64,000 bases of DNA, taken from contig CATNEN010000038.1 in the NCBI GenBank assembly GCA_950097015.1, forward strand, positions 34,596,001-34,660,000, read 5' to 3'. The notes beneath the pieces are model-generated. The model made no database searches. It was not told the origin of the DNA and saw nothing but the letters and a program-made list of their open reading frames with translations. A program made the position numbers and the translations under genes. Shown one piece after another: positions 1-11,800 of this stretch (positions within the stretch are counted from its first letter, which is position 1; every line of letters starts with the position of its first letter). The stretch comes from Macrostomum hystrix. Its lineage: Eukaryota; Animalia; Platyhelminthes.

Positions 1-24
1 GAATTCAATAAGAAAGAGAATATC

Positions 25-1540
25 AGGGAAGGGAGGAGATGCAGGGTAGTGAAGGGACGGGGAAGTGAGATGCACGGTAGTGAAGGGAGGGAAAGGGAGA
101 TGCAGGGTAGTGAATAGAGGGAAATGGAGATGCAGGGTAGTGAATAGAGGGAAATGGAGATGCAGGGTAGTGAAGGGAGGGGAAGAGAGACGCAATGTAG
201 TGAAGGGATGGAAAGGGAGATGCAGGGTAGTGAAGGGATGGAAAGGGAGATGCAGGGTAGTGAAGGGAGGGAAAGGGAGATGCAGGGTAGTGAAGGGAGG
301 GAAAGGGAGATGCAGGGTAGTGAAGGGAGGGAAAGGGAGATGCAGGGTAGTGAAGGGAGGGAAATGGAGATGCAGGGCAGTGAAGGGAGGGGAAGGGAGA
401 CGCAGTGTAGTGAAGGGAGGGAAAGGGAGACGCAGTGTAGTGAAGGGAGGGAAAGGGAGATGCAGGGTAGTGAAGGGAGGGAAATGGAGATGCAGGGTAG
501 TGAAGGGAGGGAAAGGGAGATGCAGGGTAGTGAAGGGAGGGAAAGGGAGATGCAGGGTAGTGAAGGGAGGGAAAGGGAGATGCAGGGTAGTGAAGGGAGG
601 GAAATGGAGATGCAGGGCAGTGAAGGGAGGGGAAGGGAGACGCAGTGTAGTGAAGGGAGGGAAAGGGAGACGCAGTGTAGTGAAGGGAGGGAAAGGGAGA
701 TGCAGGGTAGTGAAGGGAGGGAAATGGAGATGCAGGGTAGTGAAGGGAGGGAAAGGGAGATGCAGGGTAGTGAAGGGAGGGAAATGGAGATGCAGGGTAG
801 TGAAGGGAGGGAAATGGAGATGCAGGGCAGTGAAGGGAGGGGAAGGGAGACACAGTGTAGTGAAGGGAGGGAAAGGGAGACGCAGTGTAGTGAAGGGAGG
901 GAAAGGGAGATGCAGGGTAGTGAAGGGAGGGAAATGGAGATGCAGGGTAGTGAAGGGAGGGAAAGGGAGATGCAGGGTAGTGAAGGGAGGGAAATGGAGA
1001 TGCAGGGTAGTGAAGGGAGGGAAAGGGAGATGCAGTGTAGTGAAGGGAGGGAAAGGGAGATGCAGGGTAGTGAAGGGAGGGAAAGGGAGATGCAGGGTAG
1101 TGAAGGGAGGGAAATGGAGATGCAGGGCAGTGAAGGGAGGGGAAGGGAGACGCAGTGTAGTGAAGGGAGGGAAAGGGAGACGCAGTGTAGTGAAGGGAGG
1201 GAAAGGGAGATGCAGGGTAGTGAAGGGAGGGAAATGGAGATGCAGGGTAGTGAAGGGAGGGAAAGGGAGATGCAGGGTAGTGAAGGGAGGGAAAGGGAGA
1301 TGCAGGGTAGTGAAGGGAGGGAAATGGAGATGCAGGGTAGTGAAGGGAGGGAAAGGGAGATGCAGTGTAGTGAAGGGAGGGAAAGGGAGATGCAGGGTAG
1401 TGAAGGGAGGGAAATGGAGATGCAGGGTAGTGAAGGGAGGGAAAGGGAGATGCAGGGTAGTGAAGGGAGGGAAATGGAGATGCAGGGTAGTGAAGGGAGG
1501 GGAAGGGAGACGCAGTTTAGTGAAGGGAGGGAAAGGGTGC
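25..1540 (+). repeat. 30-bp G-rich minisatellite (GATGCAGGGTAGTGAAGGGAGGGAAAGGGA), ~50 units with variant blocks
   Basis: Direct tandem repeat; explains ORFs 23..853, 65..1549 and 154..1563. Confidence 0.97.
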
Positions 1541-1894
1541 GAAAATTAGATACAGCATCGTGAGGGGGGGAAAGAAGGAGAGGAATGAGTGTGCAAATTG
1601 AGGAAACGTTGAATCAATAGGATTGGAAAAAGTGTGTTTCTATTGAGTTGCATGGTTCTGTTTAAAAGCTTCAGAAAACAGCTAGGTATAAAACAGAAGA
1701 TTAATAGCCAGAAATTACAGCAGTCAATGAGTTTCGCATTATTATATGAAGACATATTTATAGACTACTATCCAGTAGGATGTTCTGCGCATCAACTTTA
1801 TGATTAACTGCTTAATAAAAAAAGTTATGAGCTTCGTTTCAATTGAGACAAAGTTGAAAACCAGTTTAGTTTTTAAGCTAATTTTAAGCTACAA

Positions 1895-2735
1895 TCTAAG
1901 ATACTATTCTAATCAAGACCAGTCTATTCTAATCAAGACCAGTCTATTCTAATCTAGACCAGTCTATTCTAATCTAGGCCGGTCTATTCTAATCTAGACC
2001 AGTCTATTCTAATCTAGGCCGGTCCATTCTAATCTAGTCCAGTCTATTCTAATCTAGTCCAGTCAATTCTAATCTAGACCGGTCCATTCTAATCTAGGCC
2101 GGTCCATTCTAATCTAGACCAGTCTATTCTAATCTAGACCGGTCCATTCTAATCAAGACCAGTCTATTCTAATCTAGACCAGTCTATTCTAATCAAGACC
2201 AGTCTATTCTAATCTAGTCCAGTCTATTCTAATCTAGACCAGTCTACTCTAATCTAGGCCGGTCCATTCTAATCTAGTCCAGTCTATTCTAATCTAGACC
2301 AGTCTATTCTAATCTAGACCAGTCCATTCTAATCTAGTCCAGTCTATTCTAATCTAGTCCAGTCTATTCTAATCTAGACCAGTCCATTCTAATCTAGTCC
2401 AGTCTATTCTAATCTAGTCCAGTCTATTCTAATCTAGTCCAGTCTATTCTAATCTAGACCAGTCTATTCTAATCTAGACCAGTCTATTCTAATCTAGACC
2501 AGTCTATTCTAATCTAGTCCAGTCTATTCTAATCTAGTCCAGTCTATTCTAATCTAGACCAGTCTATTCTAATCTAGACCAGTCTATTCTAATCTAGACC
2601 AGTCTATTCTAATCTAGACCAGTCTATTCTAATATAGACCAGTCTATTCTAATCTAGGCCAGTCTATTCTAATCTAGACCAGTCTATTCTAATCTAGACC
2701 AGTCTATTCTAATCTAGACCAGTCTATTCTAATCA
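1895..2735 (+). repeat. 20-bp minisatellite (CTATTCTAATCTAGACCAGT)
   Basis: About 42 tandem units visible. Confidence 0.97.
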
Positions 2736-2828
2736 GTGTCTTGCACATGGGCTGAGATTCGAACTCCCGAACTTTGATTCTGAATTCCGCTATAACTAAT
2801 AGGCTTAGTTTAGACTAATGTGCCTGGG

Positions 2829-5800
2829 TCACATTGTGGTGGACAGCTCGGGCTCGATAACCACAGTCTGCCCCGACGCCGCTCTCTGCCCGTCGCCAGC
2901 CGATGTTGCTAGCCGACGTCGGCGATTTTTTCGCTTCGCCACCGGGAACTGGAAGTCGTCCAGTGATGCTAGTCGGCCTGGGCGAATCCGCGGCTTAATT
3001 ACTTGACCAGCCAGGTCGGCGAGGTCCGGCTCACCGTCGAGCCGCAGCCGCAGCGACTGGTCGGGCAGGATCTGCAGCCGGCCCGAGTAGAAATAGTTCA
3101 GAGTCAGGTGAGTGAGGCTGAAGCACAGCTCGTATTCGGTCTGCGATGAATCAGGTGGATTAAAAATAAAAGTTCAGTTGACAGTTACTGATCACCCACA
3201 GCCAGCGAAGAGACGATTCTGTCCATAGCGCTGACTCCTGAGCACTCACACACACAGAGACCGTACGCAGGGACACACAGACAGGCGTGTACATCTGCCC
3301 TGACAATATCATTGTAAATTGTACAAGCCTCCAAGCCTTCTCTCTGCGGCTGCGCCTCACATAAATGTGGCCTCGCCACGGAATCGAGCTCAGGGACCTG
3401 TGTGGTTGAAGCTAGTGTTCGACCGCTCTGATACTCACAACTCCCTGAGCATACTCACCGCATTCTCCACCAACTGTGGCCGATTCCTTTTGACTTTTTC
3501 AACAGCTCGAAAGATATCGATCTCGCCTTCGTAGCGCAGCTTGTCCATTGTCATGTGCAGCACACAGAACGGACCACAGCGCGAGACACCATTGCTGGAA
3601 AGCAAAAGTTACGAGTACTGTTAACTCGTACTCGTACTGTATTGTACTGTACCGTACCGTAAAGTACTGTACTCCTATACTGTTAACAGTAGAACTACCA
3701 AGGGAGATTCCCCCCAGAAAATTTTCTGTGCTGCACCCAAACGGAACAACGCAAGCACACGAAACTTAAGAACACGGGCCAACTTTTTGTTGCGCATCTT
3801 CTGAAACAAGAATCAAGTCGCCAGCTCTTCGGACCATCCAGATATTCAATGTTTCTGGCCGAAGCTCATATTTTTCCCATAAGCGCTAGTGTATTTCTTA
3901 TACCCCTATACATGAATTAGCACTGCGCCTCAGTGTGGCCTTGCCAGTCCTTAAAACTTTATCAGCGTGTCGAATGTGCCTGCATCATCTCCATCTTTGG
4001 TGGTCACCAACCTTTATCTAGACGGATTTGTTGGACCTTCAAGGGCTACAACGGGTGGAACTAGGCCACTATGGACACCCTGACGCGAATTTCTCCGATT
4101 TCGCTGATCAAGCCTAAATGCGCCTTAAATATAAGGCGCAGCTCAACCACAGTACACCATCGCCTAGTCTGTCAACCAATCAGTCACCACCCAACGCTGT
4201 TAGCATTCAGGCGCTGCCAAAAAAATTCTAATCCCCCTTGGTATAAAAATTATCTATTTTCTGCCCAATTATCACTCCGGCCATGTACGGTCTTTCCAGC
4301 CACAAAGGCTGCTACAATTCCTTTAATCTTGTGACAGATAACCAGCCCTCACTGTTTTACCAGTCTGGCCCAAAACTGAACAAAATCCTTTCTTTAGCAT
4401 GATTGGCTGGCCCAAAACTGAACAAAATCCTTTCTTTAGCATGATTGGCTGGCCCAAAACTGAACAAAATCCTTTCTTTAGCATGATTGGCTGGCCCAAA
4501 ACTGAACAAAATCCTTTCTTTAGCATGATTGGCTGGCCCTTTCGCTCTCTGCGACACTCATTTTCCTGACACTCATGGCTGTACCCCCGCCGCTGCGCCA
4601 ATCAGCTCTCTGGGCGCCCTGCTCCTCCAGGGCGTGGGGTGGGGGGTTGTGTTCCAGCTACTAGTTCTACCCCCGTTCCGATCGCGGATTGGCTAGCTAA
4701 GACTATGCAGCTTTCTGCTCTGTGGAATCCAACTAACCACAGGCACTATACATTCCATACTACTATTAATAGTGAATATTTGTTCTGGGCTGCGATTTGT
4801 GAAACACGCCACTAAGAAAGATATCCCAGTAACATTATCCCGTTTCGATTTCGGTTGAACCACCCGACGCTGTTAATACGACAGTACGATAGTATGTTGC
4901 TAGATCTTGACAGAAAATCGAGCAGCACACGCAGGAGAGAATGAGACCATATAAAATATGAATGACCCAAGAATATATCTTCGTAGAAAAGAGACGTCAA
5001 AATAAAGATTTTTAGCAACACTATATCGACTGACTTGCTTTGGCGTGGCATTCAAATGGTTTTAGGTTCGGACATGTAACCGAAAGATTAATAGATTCGC
5101 TTGGCAGCCTTCTCAGTCCATGGACTGAACAGCTTTACACAGCCTTTAAAAGTAACAGTCAATTTGTCTATGAAAAAAATTTCTCATAGTCCATTCGATG
5201 TTGATCAGTGTCGGACAATATTTTTTGCATGTCCAAAAGCAGTAGGTATGGCAGGAAGACGGGTGGCATTGTCAATTTTTTATAGGTATTATCAGACCAC
5301 TTATGGGCGGATGCATTTTGCCTAGTTTGCCTCACCGGTATCAGCGAAACTGCTGATTTCTTCCTCGCATTGTGAAAGTTGGTGCAACATCCGTCATCAA
5401 AAACGAAAGAAGACTATGAAAATGGTTACTTTAGCAAAAATCGAGAGCAGAAACGTTTAATTTGCAGCAGGAAATAAGCCTTGCAGTATTGCACGGAAAT
5501 ACAGAAAGACTGCAAAAAGAAACTTTCTTTCCTTCCTTCCGGCACCTGCCCCCCGTATGTGCGTCAATCCAGTATAACAAGTGTGTGTTCAAAATATCAA
5601 CACAGCAGCGCGTTAACGGAAACTTTTTCTAGGAATAGAGAATGAAAATCCCAATTTGCCGCATCATATCCCTGGTTCTAGTGGTATCTGCGGTCTCAAT
5701 AGACGCGTGTATCGAGTGTTCATCTGTGTTCGAACTTCTGACCACCGACTGTCCGGCTGTACCTGTAGGGACAGCGCCTGCCACTGCAGCCAACGAAGCT

Positions 5801-8800
5801 GAATGTATTCTCCGATGCACTCTCATTAGTGACTGCCGAGTTTCTCTATTCCTGACTGTCAGTGGCGCCTGCTACAGCTTGACTGCAGCCACGTCATCAC
5901 CCGGAGCCTGCAACACGAGGACAAAGATCGTGCGACGAAGACTGCCGCCCAATGCATCACCAAGTGTGTTTACCCTGAGCTTCTGGCCGCGGATTACTTT
6001 GTTTTATAACTTCAAGAAAGGTTTCGAGAACCTCGTGGACTCGTCTCTGTACACAGCACGGCCCGTGAACATCACTGAGCAGAACGGCATTGATGGTGTT
6101 CGTCTTCGCGGCACGAGCCAATCCTACCTTAGGGTTTCCACGCCGGGATTCAGTCGATTCTTCTTTAACGGTCAGAAATTTAGCGTCTTCTTTCAGAGCA
6201 AATTTTCATCCAATGCCTTGTGAGTACTTTATTAACGGACTGGTTTTGAGTCATTTATATTATTTTTCCTCGAGTCTTAATAAAGTTTTACTATCAGGTT
6301 CTAACGAGTTCAGTGAATAATTGACTCAATTTTAGAAACAAATGCATCAGTACTTTCACTGATCTGAGCACAAACAACCAATATCACAGCTGGATACAAA
6401 CTCAATCAGGTGGCTCGCTTTTTGTGAAGATGTACCTAACCAATGGCACCTATGAGTACAGACAGTCGATCAGTAAAATCGCATTGATACTGGACAATGT
6501 CGAGCGACTGATCAGCATTGGAATCAATTTCGACGGTTTCAAATTCGCTTCACCAATGTATTTCAACGGTTCTGCTCTTGGCGAGAATAGTGCGAGCTAT
6601 CGACCAAGAACCTTGAACACCACCTGGCCCACCATTCACAATGACCTGTTGATTGGCCGCTGCCTGACAAGTGGAGTCCAGCCGTTCGATGGCTGGCTGC
6701 AGTGCTGGGGTCTGCTGACTGACGCCCTGAGCATGAGCCAGTTTGACCAGCTAAGGAGTGTCTGCAGCTGCTGAGCGGGACTCAAAGACTTACCAAATCC
6801 TTCATTTAACAATACTTCTCGCTATTTTCTCGTAGCTCGTATTTTAAAAGAGGAAAGGCCAGGGGTATTCCCAATGCCCACTGCCTAATTCACGATAGCT
6901 CCCGAACCGATTTTCGTAAAATTCCACAATACGGATCACTTTTTTCCGCACTTTACGATGAACTAACTCTTTAGGCCGTCCGACGTCAGCATGGTCAACA
7001 TATTTAGCGTCGAAGACCCTGGTGGCAAGGGAACAAACAATGCTCTGATTAACCTCTATGACAAATCCATATCGATAAATAATAATTTTTTTATATTACT
7101 AATTATTAATCAATACAATATAATCGACAATAATGGCCGATATGGTTACATGATTAAATCCTGTAAGCAGGAATTTATGCCTGTAGATGGTTCTTGCCAC
7201 CAGACACAGCCGACTAGAATCGTTGAATATCTCGACCATGCAAATGTGTTGTGATTCTGGTATTCCCTAAACTGAACACATCTTGAATTGCTAATTTGTT
7301 AAACTATACACGTTACTTCCAATTTTAAACTAAAATGAGGGTGATAAGTGGCAGAGCGGATACCGCGTCTGCCTCTCTCTCTCTCTCTCTGAGGTCCCTG
7401 AGCTCGATTCTGCGGAGAGGCCATATTCCTTTGTAGAGAAGGCTTGGGTGCTTGTTTTGCAACTTACACCCTTGAGGGCCAACCTCCAAGGCAAGGTGAA
7501 AGTGAACACAGCCTGACGGTGAGAAAGTCAGATGTACACACCCGTGTGAGCGTGTCCCTGCGTATAGTATCTGAGTACCTGTGTGCTCAGGAGTCGACAG
7601 AAGTGGCAGAATTGCCTCCTCGCTGTGCGTCTTACTATCGCAAAATGACACAAAATAATACTCTTATTATTTTTTTTTAGTACTACTCACCTGCTAACAA
7701 CCAGAATGGGACTGGCACACTCCATGGACTGGTTGGTCTCCTCTGCTAGACAGACCAACTCCAGCAGACCGTGGCCGGATGCTGGCGCTCGAGAACCAGC
7801 CGGCCAACTGGCGCCGTCCAGACAGAGAAAGGCCACGTGACGTGCCCGCTGAGACAGGCCGGTTGAGCTGCAGCCACCAGCCTGCTGCTTGACGATTTGG
7901 GGTCGGATGCGTGAAACAGGCAGCCGAATGACTACTACAGTAACATTTACGAGTATACTCGTGTACTCGCAGGAGTCAAGGCAATTGTCAAAGTCTCGCC
8001 CTGTGTCTTCTATGTATTTTATGTAGGTTTCTAGAAGCTTAACGATTTTGACGTCTTCAAGCATCTACAATCGAGTGCCAAGTACTAAATATGATGAGGG
8101 GTGAACGGCAGAGCTATTAACGCGCTTCCTTCTCGCTCGAAGGTCCCTGAGCTCGATTCCACGGCGAGGCCACGTTCATTTGGGACGCAGCCGCGAAGAG
8201 AAGGCTTGGGTGCTTGTCGTGTAATTGACGCCCTTGAGGGCCAACCTCCAAGGCACAGTGACAGTGAACACTGTCTGACGATGAGAAATTCAGGGCATAT
8301 GTACACACCATGTGTGAGTGTGTGCCTATGTACAGTATCTGTGTGCGTGTGTGCTCAGGATTCAGCAGAATGGGCAGAATTGCCTCCTCGCAGGCTGCGG
8401 GTCTAGTGTCACCATGTAATGTGTCATTGCCAGCAGCCCGCCTGCAGTTATTAATTTTCGTGTTATTTTTATTACTACATATAACAGAAGGATTTACTGT
8501 ATCTACTATAGAGAAAAATACGTCCTTCAGCTGCCAGAGAGGCAGCAGAAAAGTTTTTAAAGCGTTTTTTAAATTTCTGTTTAGACTTTGAGTGGCGCGT
8601 TCTTACACTTTCATAGTCCTTATTTCGCAACATAGGGTTCAAGGGTAAGCAAGAGTTCATTTTAAAACAATTTGCCAATTTGTGTGATAAATTGCTCCAT
8701 TTTCAATTTTAATAGCTAAAAATGTTACCTTAGCAACGGCATGCATGCGGCATTTGACGCAGCTTCCAACACGAAATTCGTCTTGCAGGATGACATAAAC

Positions 8801-11800
8801 AGAGCCGTAGCCAGTTTCCGTGTTCGCCATGGCTGGCCAGAATCTAGGGTAGCACTGCAGAATAGAGTAAGAAATAAATAGCGTGCCGCGTTTAGTTGTT
8901 AAATAAATTTGAGTCTTCGCAGTTAGACATACTTTAAGTTTAAGGCACTGAGCGAATCTAAAAGCGGCTGCGAATCAAATAATTTAACCAGGAGATAAGG
9001 AGGGGTGAAGGGTAAAAGGAGTGAGGATGGGCCAGAGGGTAAGAGCTGAAAAGGAGGGGGTGAGGAAAGAGAGACGAACAGCTAGCCGGCCAATCAGAGA
9101 CGAGGGAGAGGATACATAAGTGAAGCTTAGCTAAGAAGTTAAACACAATTCGGGAAAGAAGGAGAAAGTACAATAAGAGGGCTCACAAGCGTAAACAAAC
9201 AGAGAATGGAGAATAAATAACAAGGGGGTGAGTGGCAGAGCGGTTAACGCGTTCGCTTCTCGCACCAAAGTCCATGAGTTCGATTCCCGGGCGAGGCCAC
9301 ATTCATTTGTGGCGCAGGTGCGGAGAGATGGCTTTGGGACTTGTGCAACAGTTTAAGCCCTTGAGGGTCAACCACCAAGGCACAGTGAAAGTGTGCACGC
9401 ACTGCTTGACGATGAGAAAGTCAGGGCAGATGTACACACCTGTGTGAGCGTGTTTCTGCGTACAGTATCTGTGTGCGTGTGTGCTCAGGAGTCAGCTAAA
9501 TGGGCAGAATTGCCTCCTCGCTGGCTGTGGGTCTAGTGTCACCCACTAAATTGCCGTTGTCGGCATCCCCCCTACAATTATTCATTATACTTTTATTGCT
9601 ATTATTTTTATTTTTATTCTAATTTTAACAAGGACAATTAAACAAAGGATTAGTTTACCCGGGTGCTCTTCTGATAGTCGACCAGCAGCACCACAATAGC
9701 CACGTGATGGTCGTGAACGACCTTCCAGAAGTCGCAGATTGTGTTCTTCAGTGGCCACTGGGTGACAATGTACTGGTTAGCTCGACTGTGGCCCTAAACA
9801 ATGTTTTTAGTTATCTTACATGCAGTTGTTCAAATTAATTTAGTACAAACTGTTTTACCGCTATTGTATCGGCCTCACATCGATATAGACGGCGTTGATG
9901 AAATCTGTGCTTGAAGCGCAGTCCTGCGTCAACAAATAGGGTCGCGCCCGCTCGGCTGAAAGTAATAAACGAATGATTCGGTTCGAATCAAAATAACTGA
10001 CATGCGACTGAAAAGTTGTTAGGTCGTTAGTTTGAGGGAATAAACAATTAACGGATGGTGCAGTTTGTAGTAGCAAAAGTTTTTGTAGCAACACTGGGGT
10101 GAGCGCACCCACCCCCAATCACGCCACGCCAGCACGCACGCAGGCATGTACATTCTACCAGGGCGGCTCGCACCCACCCCCAATCACGCCACGCCAACAC
10201 GCACGCAGGCGTGTACATTCTACCAGGGCGGCTCGCACCCACCCCCCCAATCACGCCACGCCAACACGCACGCAGGCGTGTACATTCTACCCGGGCGGCT
10301 CGCACCCACCCCCAATCACGCCACGCCAACACGCACGCAGGCGTGTACATTCTACCAGGGCGGCTCGCACCCACCCCCCCCCAATCACGCCACGCCAACA
10401 CGCACGCAGGCGTGTACATTCTACCCGGGCGGCTCGCACCCACCCCCAATCACGCCACGCCAGCACGCACGCAGGCATGTACATTCTACCCGGGCGGCTC
10501 GCACCCACCCCCAATCACGCCACGCCAGCACGCACGCAGGCATGTACATTCTACCCGGGCGGCTCGCACCCACCCCCAATCACGCCACGCCAGCACGCAC
10601 GCAGGCATGTACATTCTACCCGGGCGGCTCGCACCCACCCCCAATCACGCCACGCCAGCACGCACGCAGGCATGTACATTCTACCCGGGCGGCTCGCAGT
10701 GCAATTTTAGGAATGTGCAAGTTAAGGAATGTATAATTTAGAGAGTAGAAAAAAGGGAATGTACATGCACAAGTAGAAAAAACGCTCACGTGGCTGGACC
10801 ATAACGTCGCGACTTTTCCAACGATTTTCAGCTCGATGCCCGCCGGCGCATTCGCCAACACTCAGCGGATTCACAATGGCCGACAGGTTGGCGAACTCAA
10901 GTTGGTAGCCGCTGCTGCTGTTGCTGCTGCTGGCCTGTGACCAGGTATCGGGAGTTGGCGGAATATCTTACAGTTCTTACAGTTTTCTAGGAATAGGAAT
11001 AAAAAATCGTTAAGTCTCACAGCAGCTGCAGGCGTTCTATTCGAATTACCCGCCGGTGCCGCATCCGCCATCTGTTCAACTAGCTGAGCAAATTCAAATG
11101 CTTTTATGGTGGTCGGCCGGCAGGTGACAAAGCTACAGATAGTCTCGTAGATGAACCTGTACTGGTGCATGTTGCCAACCAGACCCGAGCGAGACTTGCG
11201 CAGAGCCAGGGTCTGCTGCAGGATGTCCACTGGCTTGCCATTCTCAACCTTGCTGAGCTCGATGTCGATGCAGATGTAAGTGCCGGTTCTGCCAGCACCG
11301 TCGCTGTTGATTTGTGTTTTACCGGTCAGTAAGGTAGATGACGTGCAGTTCAGGGTTCTAATGCATCCGAAGAGCATGAGCTCGAAGCTACACCGCGAGG
11401 CCATATTAATTTACCGGACTTGCATTAATACTCATGCCCCGTAAGGGCCAACCCCAGGGGGGTGAGTTAGCATGCACAAGTGTGGTAGAGCGGTCTAACG
11501 CGAGGCCACATTCGTTTGGGGCGCAGCTGCGGAGAGAACGCTTGAGGGCTTGTCGTGCAATTAACGCCCTTCAGGTGAACCTCCAAGGCACAGTGACGGT
11601 AATAAAAATAATATTAATAATTTTAATTGCACGGCATGTGTGTACATCTGCCGTGACTTTCTCATCGATAGGCACTGTACGCTCTTAATTGTACCTTTAA
11701 GGTTTTCCCTCAAAGGCGTAAACTGCACGACAAACACCCAAGCCTTCTCTCCGCGGCTGCGCCCCAAATAAATGTGGCCTCGCCGCGGAATCGAGCCTTA

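Noticed and set aside
23-1563. Long repetitive ORFs (also those at 10099-10741, 16220, 28240, 29650, 31597, 44827-46031, 51013-52908, 56126-57607)
   Set aside because: All coincide with stop-free minisatellites, usually open in several frames or on both strands; no splice or domain support.
7444-8591. Short ORFs with similar peptides (LEGQPPR..., also 17456, 47504, 59779)
   Set aside because: Translations of SINE A copies, not a protein family.
9224-9300. Possible tRNA genes at SINE heads (also 15255, 34875, 47474)
   Set aside because: A/B boxes continue into shared SINE bodies with TTA tails; no intact cloverleaf.
9400-9430. Hammerhead-like (C)TGACGA...GAAA-GTC string in SINE A
   Set aside because: Only 3 nt where stem II should be and 1 nt for stem III; the bases fold better as a simple hairpin. 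Kept only as a structured-RNA note.
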